From Octopus sinensis (lineage: Eukaryota): DNA of 64,000 nt. Location: assembly GCF_006345805.1 (NCBI RefSeq), contig NC_043003.1, forward strand, positions 50,840,001 through 50,904,000, in the 5' to 3' direction. The notes below the pieces were generated by a model that did no database searches, had not been told where the DNA came from, and saw only the letters and a program-made list of their open reading frames with translations. Shown in pieces: positions 52,066 through 64,000 of the stretch (positions are counted from its first letter, which is position 1; each line of letters opens with the position of its first letter). A program made the position numbers and the translations under genes.

Positions 52066-53619
52066 GTACGCTATGCTTCGTGTTATATCACTAATTCTTT
52101 AAAATGTTATTTTTGGTGTACTTTAGAGTAAGATATAAATATTTTGACGAAATTTAAGGTAATAAAATGTACTGAAAATAGTACTTAAATTTCTAGCGAA
52201 TGGGTATAATTTAGACTATAATAATGTAATTATATACTTAATTCTTTATTCAATAAAAGAAACATAGTTATCAGGAATTTACGTTAGGAATTTTAATATC
52301 ACATTTTTTTTAAAACATTGTATAGTTTTTTAGCACCAACAATTACATTTTGCAGCGCAGCGCTGGAGAAGCAAAACATTATACCCATTAGAATTCAGAC
52401 AGTTTTAGTTTGCAGTATTTTCTTATCTTTGCCACGGAGTCGTTGTACAACTGATCATGCCTTCCTTTTGGCAGACACAAACCTATCAATTCGACCATGA
52501 AAATAGTAAACCTATATTCAAAATGTCCTCAAATCCATTGTCTTCAGATCCTTTTTCCACAGGACAAATTCTACATGCCTTAAATGACAGTCTATGTCAT
52601 AACAATTCCGTCTCCTTCAAAGAAATACACTTCAAATACTTACACATTAGAAGACAGACACGTTTCACTTTTCTTTAGGCTTGTCCATGTGGTGCACCCA
52701 ATTGTCAGTGCAGCGACGATGTTCACCTCGCTCCGATATATATTGTATTTTTAACACAACAAGTCTATGAAGAAATTTTTATTTCAGACAATACCACTGC
52801 ATCGTACCTTGTAACACTGAATGTACGTTTAGTATGATACATAGATGGCAATTTTAATTTAATGTTGTTTCTATTGCGTAAGTAGAATTTTTCTACAGCT
52901 CAGCAATTGTCTGCGATATCGGTGAATGTTTCATTTACTGTTTCCTATATAGGGAGGCGCAGATTTTGTTTAATAAGCCCAAGAACAGGCAAAGCGCGTC
53001 TGCTTTTCTAGTGAGTCATTGCAACAACGATGATCACCCCACTTCAATAAATATTGTGTTTTTTAGCACTACAGTTTTTGAAGAGATTTTATTTCAGACA
53101 CTTCCTCAGCATCAGGCTTTGTAACAGTTTATATTCATTTAATATGCTACGCAGATGATGATTGTTGGTCATCACTGGATTTTGAAACAATTTACTGGTC
53201 GTTGATTTCTGATTTCCTTCAGCAGTCAGTAAACAGTTTTGTTATGATATCTGACTCTTATTAGTTTGTTACAAGGATGTGTTATTTATGTGTCGTATAT
53301 TTTTACTACAATTCTATCAATATAACTTTCGTGACTGATCTACGTATTTTTTTGTATTTGCTATTATTAAATGGAGGTGGAGGGAGATTATTTTTAAGAA
53401 TTCTGGATAAGACAGTTCTGTTGTCGACCAGTATTTCTCTATCTAATTTTGTTTTGCCTTGATGCAGTTTATCACAAGAAACATAGGCAGTTATATGTGG
53501 TTATGTATATTATGCATATATTTATGTGTGAGCCTGTGTGCGTGTTTACCTACAGAAATTTATATGCACATACACATCCATTTGTATATTACAGATACAT
53601 GTAAATAAACATATATATG

Positions 53620-53775
53620 CGATAGATATATACTAATATATATATACACAGACACACGCATGTTTCTATATATATATATGTGGGTTTATATATATATATA
53701 CGCATCTATGTAGCTATACGCATACAGCTACATATATGCAGATATATATACATACATGTACATATATATATATAC

Positions 53776-53830
<55 letters not shown>

Positions 53831-53874
53831 CATATATATACATATATACATGTACATATATATATATACATACA

Positions 53875-53922
<48 letters not shown>

Positions 53923-53977
53923 CGATGCTTATATGGTTGTGTGTGTGAATGTATATACGCATAAATATATATACGCA

Positions 53978-54025
<48 letters not shown>

Positions 54026-54062
54026 TATATATAATATATAATATACACAATATATAAATATA

Positions 54063-54104
<42 letters not shown>

Positions 54105-54113
54105 TATGCATAT

Positions 54114-54153
<40 letters not shown>

Positions 54154-54330
54154 GTACATCTCTACACAAATAGTCATAGAGTGTGTACGTGTGTGTGCAT
54201 ATACATGAAGACACAAATATATAGATATATATATGTTTGTGTATGTGTATTTCTATATGTGTATATATATACACACACACACAAATACACACAGAAACAC
54301 GCACGCACGAACACACACACACATATAGAC
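53620..54330. repeat. Long interrupted (TA)n/(TACA)n tract
   Basis: Direct reading; source of all the YIYI ORFs here. Confidence 0.95.
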
Positions 54331-55068
54331 AGACAGAGAGAATGACAAAGAGGAAGGAGGGAGAGATAGAAAGATATATAGCTATATATATTATACAATA
54401 ATCGTGGTATGTCTGCAATTTTCTCTAAAGATGGGGTAATGGAGTAATGCAGCGTTTGTCTTCAAAGAGGACGTGATTGTAAATCCAATGTCTGCATACG
54501 TGTATATTTGTAGACAGTGGGGGGAAAACACTTTCATATTTTTGTGGAATTGAAAGAATAACATCCTCCATTTTGATCATTATCATCATCGCCATAACCA
54601 CCACAACCACCATTGAATAACAATATGATGTATAAAGGATGAAAAATATAGCTAAACAGCAAAATGAGCTTGGCTATGATGATGATAATGATAACGATAA
54701 TGATGATGATGATGAAGAGGATGATGATAATGACGACGACAACGATGACGATGACAAGTATGTCTGGTGGACCTGGCTTAGTCAGAGTGGTTTGCGACAA
54801 TCTAGTTAGAATGGTAAAGAAAACAATCTGCTATATTGTTGGTGTAGCAATATGACCAATTGGGAGAGAAGATGCTGCATCTGTTGGCAAAACCTCGTTG
54901 GGTGTTGGCAAGTGAACCATTGCCAATGAATCGGGTAGTCCTCTTTGGGGGTGCGGCCAGGTATAGTTGTCTGTGTGTTTACGCGCGCCTGCGCGAATGT
55001 GCATGTATGCGTGTTGTGCCTGTGTGTGTGTGTGTGACAGCTGATTCTACGTTCCGGATTTAGGAGCA

Positions 55069-55195
55069 ATATTCTGTTAGGTTGTCCGGAAAGTTCGTGC
55101 CGATTTTTAAAGGCAAGAGAAAGGTCAAGTATTTATTGACCTTTCTCTTGCCTTTAAAAATCGGCACGAACTTTCCGGACAACCCAACAGAATAT
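55069..55195. repeat. 127-bp palindrome (60-bp arms, 1 mismatch, 7-nt loop) covering a mariner TIR and its flank
   Basis: 55069-55128 is the reverse complement of 55136-55195 except for one A/G; loop GTATTTA. Confidence 0.97.
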
Positions 55196-55674
55196 ACTTG
55201 CCATTACATTTTTAATCAACCAAATATGAACCATTTTGTTGCATAAAGCATCTCCATCTTTCCTTTAACTTGAAAATACCCTCTTCCCAGAAGTGAGGTG
55301 GTTTCATGGCAAAGAATTCATCAAGGTATCTTTTTACGTCATCCAAGGAATTGAAATTTTTACCATTAAGACTAAGGAGCAATATTTGGTGAATAGGGAG
55401 GGTGGAGTAACACATCCCAGCCGATCTGCAGCAATATTTGTCTGGTTACCAAAGCATCAAGTGCAGAAAATGAACTTTCTTCTCTTCCATTTTAAAGAGT
55501 TACAGAATTAACACAGGTTATAAGAACATAAATCTTCTTCCACGAAAAGATAGCTTAAGCTGTGCTCTAAATGGAGGTGTAGTCAAATCCTACTTTATGG
55601 CCTCAGTCATGTTGTAAAATAAGTTGAAATGTAAGTTACTATAAATCGGCACGAACTTTCCGGACAACCCAATA
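55077..55674 (-). mobile_element. Internally deleted mariner element
   Basis: TIR TT(G/A)GGTTGTCCGGAAAGTTCGTGCCGATTT at both ends, TA at 55673-55674. MEEKKVHFLHLML is joined to VTRQILLQIGWDVLLHPPYSPNIAP and SLNGKNFNSLDDVK...KLKERWR..QQNGSY. Confidence 0.92.
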
Positions 55675-56500
55675 TTTTATGTCAAACTTGAGAAATGTGC
55701 TAGGTAGATGATCAAGAGATAATCGGAGCGAAAATCTGTCTAGACTCCAGTGTAAAAGAATTATATTTTGTATGCAGTTTCGATGCATTTGAAGTCGTCA
55801 GGAGAGAACACCCGAGTCAGTAAAACCCTTTTCAACTACTTCAAGCGTTTTACCCAATACAGAATGTGAGACATGTGACTGCATCCATTGTATGAATAAA
55901 GTTTGTGTTTTATTTACAGTTTCATCATTAATAAATATATTTTGCATTCTACTTTCAATACCGATTGCTCTCCTTTTTTCTTTTTCTTTTTTTTTTCATG
56001 TTCACACCGGCATCATTGCATTCAAGACTTTACATACCACAGAGAGAGAGAGGAAGGAGATGCACACACAAATGCATACACACACATACACACTATATTA
56101 TATTTTACATTATATTATTATATCATATTATACATTACGTTACATTAAATTATATATCATGTTATATTACATTAAATTCTATTCTATTCTATTCTGTAAT
56201 ATTATATTATATTATATCATATTATATCATATTATATATTCTATCGTCAGACTGTCAAAATAGTCGTCCGATCTTCTGGGAATATTACCTGCAATATATT
56301 ATCAACTTACAATAGAAAAAAATTCATTTATTCCTTTCTCACTCCACTGAGTATCATGCAATGAAATCAGTTCTAATTAATGGTTCTTAACGAGCCACTT
56401 AATGTTCTTACTCTTTTCCTATTGTGCTTTCTCTAACATATCTATCCGAAGGAGACTCGCACACTTTCTGATAATTTATTTTTGTTATTATTGTTATTGT

Positions 56501-56814
56501 GATGAGCTGACAGAATCGTTAGCAAGCCGGAGAAATGCTTAACGGCATTTCGTCCGTCTTTACATTTCGAGTTCAAATTTCGCCGAGGTGGACTTTGCCT
56601 TCATCCTTTCGGGGCCGATAAACTGACCACCAGTGAAACACTGCGGTCGTTGTAATCTACTAGCCCCCTCCTTGTGCCATTAGTAAAAAGGATTATAATT
56701 GTTATTATGGTGAGCTGGCAGAATCTTTGGCACGCCGGAGTAATGCTTAGCAGCATTTCATCCATCTTTACATTCTGAGTTCAAATTCCGCCAAGGCCGG
56801 CTTTGCCTTTTATT
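56501..56814 (+). mobile_element. Two adjacent SINE family B copies
   Basis: Heads gatgagctgacagaatcgttagc (56501) and ggtgagctggcagaatc (56709), each after (ATT/GTT)n. Confidence 0.8.
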
Positions 56815-57580
56815 CCTGCCACTTTTGGTATCCGGCCTGGAAGTCGTTTTCCGAAAGAGATTCGAGGATTTTTTGCGATTCGCTCTGGAGCTCAACAAGG
56901 TGTTCAAACAGCGACTTTTGAGTTGCATCTTCATCTTGGTGAAGAGATGGAATCCGTAGGTGCTAAATCTGGCGAATAGGACAGGTACAGAAGTGATGCT
57001 ATATTGTTTTTTGGCGAGAAACTCACGAGTGAGGAGAAATCAGTGACAGGGAACATTATTGTTGTGAAGAATCCAGTTTTTGCGCTCCACAGATTCGATC
57101 GCTTTCACCGAATGTACCCCCTCAAACGCTTCAAAACGTCCTAGTAAAATTTTTGATTGACTACATGGCACTCGGGGATAAATTCTCGGTGCACAGTATC
57201 ACATTTCTGGGGGTGATACTCGTGGCAAGTCTGCCAGATCGCTTACTGTCTTCCAGAGACGTTTTCCCGCTTTTGAAGCCCCCGTGCCACTCGAAGCATT
57301 GCGTACGACCAATGCTCAGTGTCTCTCATGCAGACTTTCCAATTTTTACGCAAAATTTCACGTTGGCTCTTTGTTTCTGTCCATGACAAAATCGCAGACT
57401 ACAGCATACACGTGATCACAAAACCACAAATTCCACAACTTTCAAAGTAAACACAGCGATGTCACTCAGCACACTGCCTCATGGATGTCACTGCTAATTC
57501 CCATTGCGCACGCAACCGTGTGCTGCCATCTGTTGGTGCGCTACAGAACTAGTCTGGGAACTTTTTGATACTACTTCGTA
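56815..57580 (-). mobile_element. Second mariner family, internally deleted and 3'-truncated
   Basis: End TA-CGAAGTAGTATCAAAAAGTTCCCAGACTAG; RANVKFCVKIGKS, CFEWH..FKSGK, WILHNNNVPCH..LTREFLAK across frameshifts. Confidence 0.85.
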
Positions 57581-57794
57581 TATCGTCAGTCTTTACGTCC
57601 TGAATTCAAATCCTGCCGAGGTCACCCTTATCTTTCATTCTGTTGAGGGCGGATAAAATAAGTACTATTTAAACACTGAGTTCGGTATAATCGGTTTACG
57701 TCCCTGCCCCTAAATTGCTGGCCTTGTGCCAAAATTTAAAATCATTATTATTATTGTTGTTGTTTTTGTTGTTGTTGTTGTTATTATTATTATT

Positions 57795-58560
57795 GAGTGA
57801 GAGAGCACTGCATGCTATCAAAGTGACAATGGGATAAAATATACGAAGCCCAGTATACCTATCATGACTACCCATTTGATAAGAGTACACCAGACACATA
57901 CACCACAACCATGCGTACACGACATGGTGATCTCATATCAAGATAAACAGCGCATGACCTTGCAGGTGGGGCCCCAGTTAGAATTTTCTTCTGGTCGAGT
58001 AGCCCATCCCACTCAAAAGGTCTCTGAATAATGATTGTTTAAGGATGCTGAACGAACCACCCATGTTTCCAAAGGTGAATTACCTAAACCTCTAAGAATT
58101 CCTTTCAACACATGGCTATGATGCTCCCCCACTACTTCTGCTCGTGATCAGAGATGCATATATGGTCAAATGGTTAAGGTCAAACAATTGACAAACAAAT
58201 CTGTGGTATTGAGCAGAATATTTGCTGTATCCCATCTTTTATACCATGACAAAATAATATTACATGATAACACTTCCAATCAGTTAAGATCAGAAGCCAT
58301 GAAAGCCACTGTTTGATTATTATTGTTGTTGTTGTTGTTATTATTATTAAAATTATTATTACTATACGTTTGGCTTTTGCTTTGTATTTGTACAAGTTGA
58401 TTCCCAGTCTCACCTAGAGACCTCAGGAAACAAGAAGTTAGAAGTAACAAGGTGGTGTTATGAATTGGGTGCCATATTTTTGGTTTTCCACAAAGTATTG
58501 TCAAAACAATAGAGAATATCTGTCAAAACAAGAAAATTAGAAGTTCTTTTTTTAAATAAT
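57795..58560 (-). mobile_element. Two AAT-tailed non-LTR retroposon 3' ends (57795-58311 and 58361-58560)
   Basis: Each ends in (AAT/AAC)n on the minus strand. The second has cctgaggtctctaggtgagact, similar to gtctgaggtccttgttgtgactt in the Dong/R4 copy at 58781. Clade assignment is inferred. Confidence 0.55.
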
Positions 58561-58682
58561 TTTATTATAAGACGATAGTGTGATGTTAAGATAACAGTAA
58601 AAGGTGTTTGCTGTTATGTACATTTAAAAGTACTTTTGACAATTTTTACAGATTATTATTATTACTATTATTATTATTGTTG

Positions 58683-58713
<31 letters not shown>

Positions 58714-58780
58714 ATTATATTATTATTATTATTATTATTATTATTAGTATCACCACCATCATCATCATTATTATTATTGT

Positions 58781-60555
58781 TATAGACGTCTCACAGTATA
58801 CAATATCGTGAAGTCGTTGATTGAAGATATTGTGTCTATCGAAGATATTGTACTATTTGTCAAGTCACAACAAGGACCTCAGACAGACAGTAATTTACGC
58901 AATATACGTGCAGTTTCAAGTAATGCCGCCTTTTGCAATACACCTACATTGTAGGGTATTTATAAAGTTTTCGGATGTTTTTTTTTCTTTTTTTTTTTTT
59001 GAGATTGGGTAGTAGTGACCCCAATGCTCTGATGGCAATAGGGATAAGCTTTATGTTTGACTCTCGTAGCTGTCACATCTTAGCGATCTCAATTCTCAGG
59101 TCTCCATATTTATCAACCTTTTCTCTTTCTTTCATGATGATATGTTGATTTCCTGGCACTACCACGTCAATTATAGCCATTCTTGTTTGTCCCTCCTAAA
59201 GGTTACCATACCTGGCCTTTGGTGCTCTAATACCTTGTCTGACTGGAAATCAAAGTACCAGAGGAATTTTGCCTTCCCCTTTTGGTCTATTATCTTTTCT
59301 GGTGTATGTTGTTACCAATCACCCGTACCTTCATATCCATATTTATGGCATAGTAGCCAGTGGAGGTTTTGGGTTACCTTGTCGTGTCGACGCTTGCACC
59401 CTTTCTGCGCAAGACTTTCACAAGCACTAACAACGTGAGTTACACTTTTGACTCTCTTCCCACTCATTCTGCAGAGGTCCATTGCACTTGTGTGGTATAT
59501 ATTCTTTTTCACTGACTTGGTATTCAATCCCTGGTCCTTGGCAGCAATAATTAGGCTTTCAGTATTTTTATTTCGGTCACCCTTGTTAAGCTACATCCAT
59601 GATGCTTCTTGGTTTTTCTAATTTGTTGGTTTCACGGTGGAACTGAACATATAATTCCATGTGGAGTAGGGTTTCTTCTCTCTCGTTGGCAGTTCTTGTT
59701 CAGAATTCAGGAGCACTCTCAAGTCTATTTTTGTTAAATCATTCTGCACTAGCAGCCTACAGTAGCAGGTCATCTTTGCTGCTTACCAAATATTCTGCCA
59801 TGTTTCTTCTTTCACTGTTGATGCACTCCCGTACGCTAATCAGCCTACGTCCACCTTTACCCTTCTTCATGTAGAGCCTGTGTATATTCGCCTTGGGGTG
59901 GAGAGCACCATACATTGTCATTGCCTTTCGGATAGTGCGGTCGAGCTGGGTAATCTCCGCTTGTGTCCATTTCAGGTTGGGTGCACTATAGCGGACTACA
60001 GCAACCGCCCATATGTAGATGGCAGTCACAAGGTTCCTTGAGTTGAGTTTTGATTTCAAGAGAAGTTTAAGGCGTTTGAAATATGCAATGATGACCTTGT
60101 CTTTCATTTCTTTAGGAAAGATATTGTCCAGCTCCTGGATCTAATGGTACTTGTACCCATCATCATCCGGGACTTTCATTCTCTCTCAATTTGATGCCCC
60201 CACAATTTACTATTTTCCTCCGTTTCAAAGTAAGCACCGCACACTTCGAGATACAGAATTCCATCTCTATATCCATGCAGCATGTTTTCGCAGTCTCAAC
60301 CAGCCTCTCCTTTCAGGTTTTGTTTTTGTGAACAGTTTTAAATCAGCCATGAAGAGAAGGTGGTTGAGACGAGGTCTATTCTTTCCCAGCCCATAGTGCG
60401 CGTTGACTTTGCGTAGGACTACAGAAAGTGGGATCAAGACTATAACAAACAACAGAGATGAACAAGAGTCTCTTTAGAAGATATCTCTTTTGACTGTTAC
60501 CTGAGGTATCTTCCAAGGAGATTCTTATTCATCTCTGTTATTTGTTATAGCCTTG

Positions 60556-60556
<1 letters not shown>
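58781..60556 (-). mobile_element. Dong/R4-clade (RLE-type) non-LTR retrotransposon, 5'-truncated and decayed (copy A)
   Basis: RLNHLLFMADLKLF (RT), LHPKANIHRLYMKKGKGGR, zinc-knuckle region CRMSGK..VTHVVSAC..RRHDKV..LHW, RLE region IIDVVVP..KEREKVDKY.DLR.EI; flanked by (ATT)n on both sides. Confidence 0.9.
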
Positions 60557-60632
<76 letters not shown>

Positions 60633-60634
<2 letters not shown>

Positions 60635-60762
60635 TTAGTAGTTTTAGTTTTATAGTGTGCTTTCACTTCACTACCGATCGCAGCTCTGTGTGCCTTGGGT
60701 ATGTGCTGTGATTTGTTGTGATGCTCTGATGGTTATTGTATGGAAAGTGTTCTGCGTAGGAT
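60633..60762 (-). mobile_element. Very short 3' end of a third Dong/R4-type family
   Basis: ILRRTLSIQ* followed by a short 3' UTR and (AAT)n; lies between two TAA arrays. Confidence 0.7.
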
Positions 60763-60775
60763 AATATTATTATTA

Positions 60776-60833
<58 letters not shown>

Positions 60834-60863
60834 TGTTGTTGTTGTTGTTGTTGTTATTATTAT

Positions 60864-62900
60864 TTAAAAAGTTGTACAGTATCCAATATCGTGACGTTGT
60901 TAATTGAAGATATTGTGTCTGCTGGAGCTTTGTACTATCTCTCAAGGCACAACAAAGGCATTATTATTTTGGTTTGTCTCAGGTTCGGTCTTATTCCTGG
61001 TAGGGATTATGTGGATAGTGGGTTACTACCTGTGACCTTAGGTATCCACAAGTTTTCAACGGTTTTTTAAGTGCTTAGGACCTTCCCGATAATCCTTGTT
61101 GTCCCTAAAAGACAAAATTTCTGTAGGAGCTCTATCGGAAATGCTATTTCAAACTTCCTCGGCCATTTGTCTATATCTTTACTTGCTGTTCTAAAGCCCA
61201 CCAATTACTATAGGTACGACATTTACTGTTCGCATGCTCCAAATTCTTCCTCTTTCAACTTTTAGAGGGTTGTTCCTCTTTCTTTTCGATCCTGAAATGG
61301 AATTAAATGATCATGATGGGTTGATAAGTAAGCAACTTAGCTTTTACTTATCTAAGATTATATTATTTGGTCTACTGTTTTCTAATTTCTTGTCCGTTTG
61401 AATTATAATGTCCCAAGAAATCTTACATTTTTCCGACTCTAGTACTCTTTCGATTCGATGATTGTACCATGTGTTTTCAATTTCAAATCTCCATTCCTGG
61501 CAGTGTGAAGATTTTACAACATGGTCGTGCCTTCATTTCTTATATTCTTCTGCCAACTTGGGGCATTCTGACACAATGTGTGCCACTGTCTCGTTCCAAG
61601 TTCCACAGGCTCTACATTTTTCTGACACATTCTCTCCATATATTATTTTTTCAAGTTGTTTGTTTTTATCACTTGATCTTGGGCTGCTACAGTTAGGCTC
61701 TGTTACTTTCCTTTCTTAATTTCCCTCTTTTTAACCAATCCCAGGATCTTGTTTCACATTCTTCTTCAGTGGCTCTCCAAATTTAGCCATGCAGAGCTTT
61801 CTCTTCGATCTCTCTTTGCATTTCATACTCGTCCTTTTCTCCCATTACGCGTTTCATCACCTGTTCTTTCTTAACTACCTTTTGTAGTTTTTCTGTGCTG
61901 CTCTGTAAATATTCTACTAGACTTGTTCTTTCTATCTGTACACATTCTTCTACTTCTATTAAGCCTCTTCCACCCTGGTCTATCCTCAAGTACAGCCGGT
62001 TGATATCAGCTTTCGGATGGTGGATTCCAAGTTTTTGTTTTCCTCCGATCAATTCAGTTTCATCTTTTTATGCTTTCATTAAGCATTTTCTCAATGCTTT
62101 TTGCTATTACAAACATGCTCATTGTTTTACTTATCCAACTGTGTACTACCATGTCATATGCGTTTTTGTAATCAAGCCATGCAATATTCAGTCCCGTCAA
62201 TCTGCGTCTATAATTTCTAATTATCATTTTAGCAACTAATAAGTGATCTTTTATTGTCCTACTTTGTTTCCCGCATCCTTCCTTTTCTTCTAGAAGTATA
62301 TTGTTACCTTCCAGATTGATGTATAACACTTCCGCCAAGACACCGGTCATAAGCTTCCACATTATTGGTAGACAGGTTATAGGTCGAAAATTTGACGCCG
62401 TCTTCCCTTTCATGGCATCCTTGAGTCATAGCAGCGTTCATCCACTTTTCATCCAGGCAGGGACATGACCTTACTGCAAGCAGTCATTCACTTGCACGGT
62501 GATCCTTTCATGCAACTGTATAAAATTTTTCAGTCAATAGCCTTGTACTCCATCCGGATCTGGTTCTTTCTAATTTGCTATTTTTTCAAAACTTCTGTCT
62601 CACTGTATATAGATTAATTCTGACGTCCTTTTGTCTTGGTACAGTTTCAAATCGTCTTTCCACCTTTGTTAGCCACTCCACACTTTCTTTACATCTCGCT
62701 GACCTGTTCCACAGCCTTCTCCAAAATTATCTGCTTTCTTCCTCATCTGAAATCAGTTCCTGGTGTTGGCTTCCCTCTATTTTCTCAAATAAACGCCTTC
62801 TATTTGATTGGAACAGGCTCTGCGGTAGTAGTAGCAAAAACAATGAGAAGTAGCGTATCTGTGAATCATAAAAGAAGCCTTCTCATCTGGGCATTGTAGA
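60864..62900 (-). mobile_element. Dong/R4-clade retrotransposon, decayed with an internal deletion (copy B)
   Basis: NFRPITCLPIMWKLMTG, AWLDYKNAYDMV.HSWI, HHPKADINRLYL...GGRGLI.VEEC, VVPIVIGGL, CLLGTTRII.KVL. Its 3' UTR resembles copy A and it has an (AAT/AAC)n tail. Confidence 0.9.
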
Positions 62901-64000
62901 AGGTTAGTATTTGTTGTAGTCTGAAGTATTTTCTAACCCTAATGAAGGAGGTCAGTCTTTATGCTGCAATCTTTGCTAATGTTGAGTGTGTGTGCTTTCA
63001 TTGGAAGAGATTCTCAATGACGGTGAGATTTACTGTTTGCAGCGACCTTTCGCGCTCTAATTGCATGTTATTTATACGATGTGTTTCTTAATGTATAGTA
63101 ATTATGTTTTTGTGTTGTTAAAGTGTGTTTCAGGTTTCCCTATTTAAAATCCTGTCATTTTAGGTGGAATTTAGATTTCACATCTCCAGTATATTTCATC
63201 AGTAACAGTGATTTAATTCCTATTAAGTTTGCAGCGGTAAATTCACACGACAATATTTAACTCTCTTAACTGACGACGGTTCCAGGTCAAACGAATTTAT
63301 GACTACGAAATTGTATGTGATACAATCAATAGCTAATTATATGTTTTCGCTTTTGGTCATAACGCTGCTACGTAACAGAAACGTAGTGAAATAAATAAAA
63401 TATGTTCTGGTAATATACTATAATGAGACAGCTCCAGATGGTTGCTGTGATTCCTGTTTCTTTCAACCACGAGGATATAAATGGCAAATTCACTCTACAA
63501 TGGCGATTCTATGAATGATGATCAAACGTAGACAGCTTGGCCTATAGGTACATTAATGTTAACATATTTAATACAAGGAGCATAAAAAAAAATAACTAGA
63601 AATAAATATGCATTGCTACAGTAACATAAACACGCAATATTAATCAATGAATAATATTTTCATTTTTCCAGCAGATACGAGTACAACTATGGACATATCT
63701 TAATTATAATCTCATATTTCCTCCGTAAAACGTAGCGGTCATCGCTCTTGCGAAAGGTAAATGTACAAAATTGTATATCTGTTGGTGTAATAAAAAATAA
63801 TTGAGAAATAAAAAGTTATTCAAAGGCAACTCCACATTTACAGACTTTTGTTATTTATTTCTACCACATATCAGTCCTAATCCAGCAGACGTGTCATCAA
63901 TAATATTCCACTCTCAATCATGCTACCATTTATTTGGACAGAGAATATTTAGAACTACATTATACAGTGTGTCGTATTTTTTTATATCTTTACCTGATAT

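Noticed and set aside
52700-53230. Cadherin-like reading (NDDHP...YADDD) of the duplicated units
   Set aside because: It needs a frameshift, the spacing of the calcium-binding motifs is wrong, and the similarity may be pareidolia.
63672-63756. AG/GT-bounded plus-strand segment near the window end
   Set aside because: All three frames contain stops; it could only be non-coding and there is no other evidence.

Overview
This is a eukaryotic, AT-rich, mostly non-coding window. The tRNA-derived SINE families, dense microsatellites and retroelement types point to a coleoid cephalopod, most likely Octopus; that is inferred from repeat content, not from a database match. Nearly every ORF in the supplied track is a microsatellite translation or a transposon relic. 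The only host coding sequence I can support well is the terminal exon of a guanylyl-cyclase-type gene on the minus strand (18690-18785, GKGIMKTYWLKG...stop), so the window to its right is probably intronic. The rest consists of three SINE families, a dispersed 5S rRNA copy, decayed hAT, mariner, pogo-like, piggyBac-like, Helitron-like, RTE and Penelope elements, and a stack of Dong/R4-type retrotransposons in TAA repeats. The best leads are: a 97%-identical 333-bp inverted repeat with a type I hammerhead ribozyme motif in each arm (41398-42137); a 5S rRNA fused to a SINE 3' tail; 184-bp SINE multimers with the same junction at separate loci; a fold-back mariner; a template-switch palindrome creating a two-TIR mini-element; and a degenerate E-box/TTAA motif array. 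There are no CRISPR arrays or prokaryotic operons.
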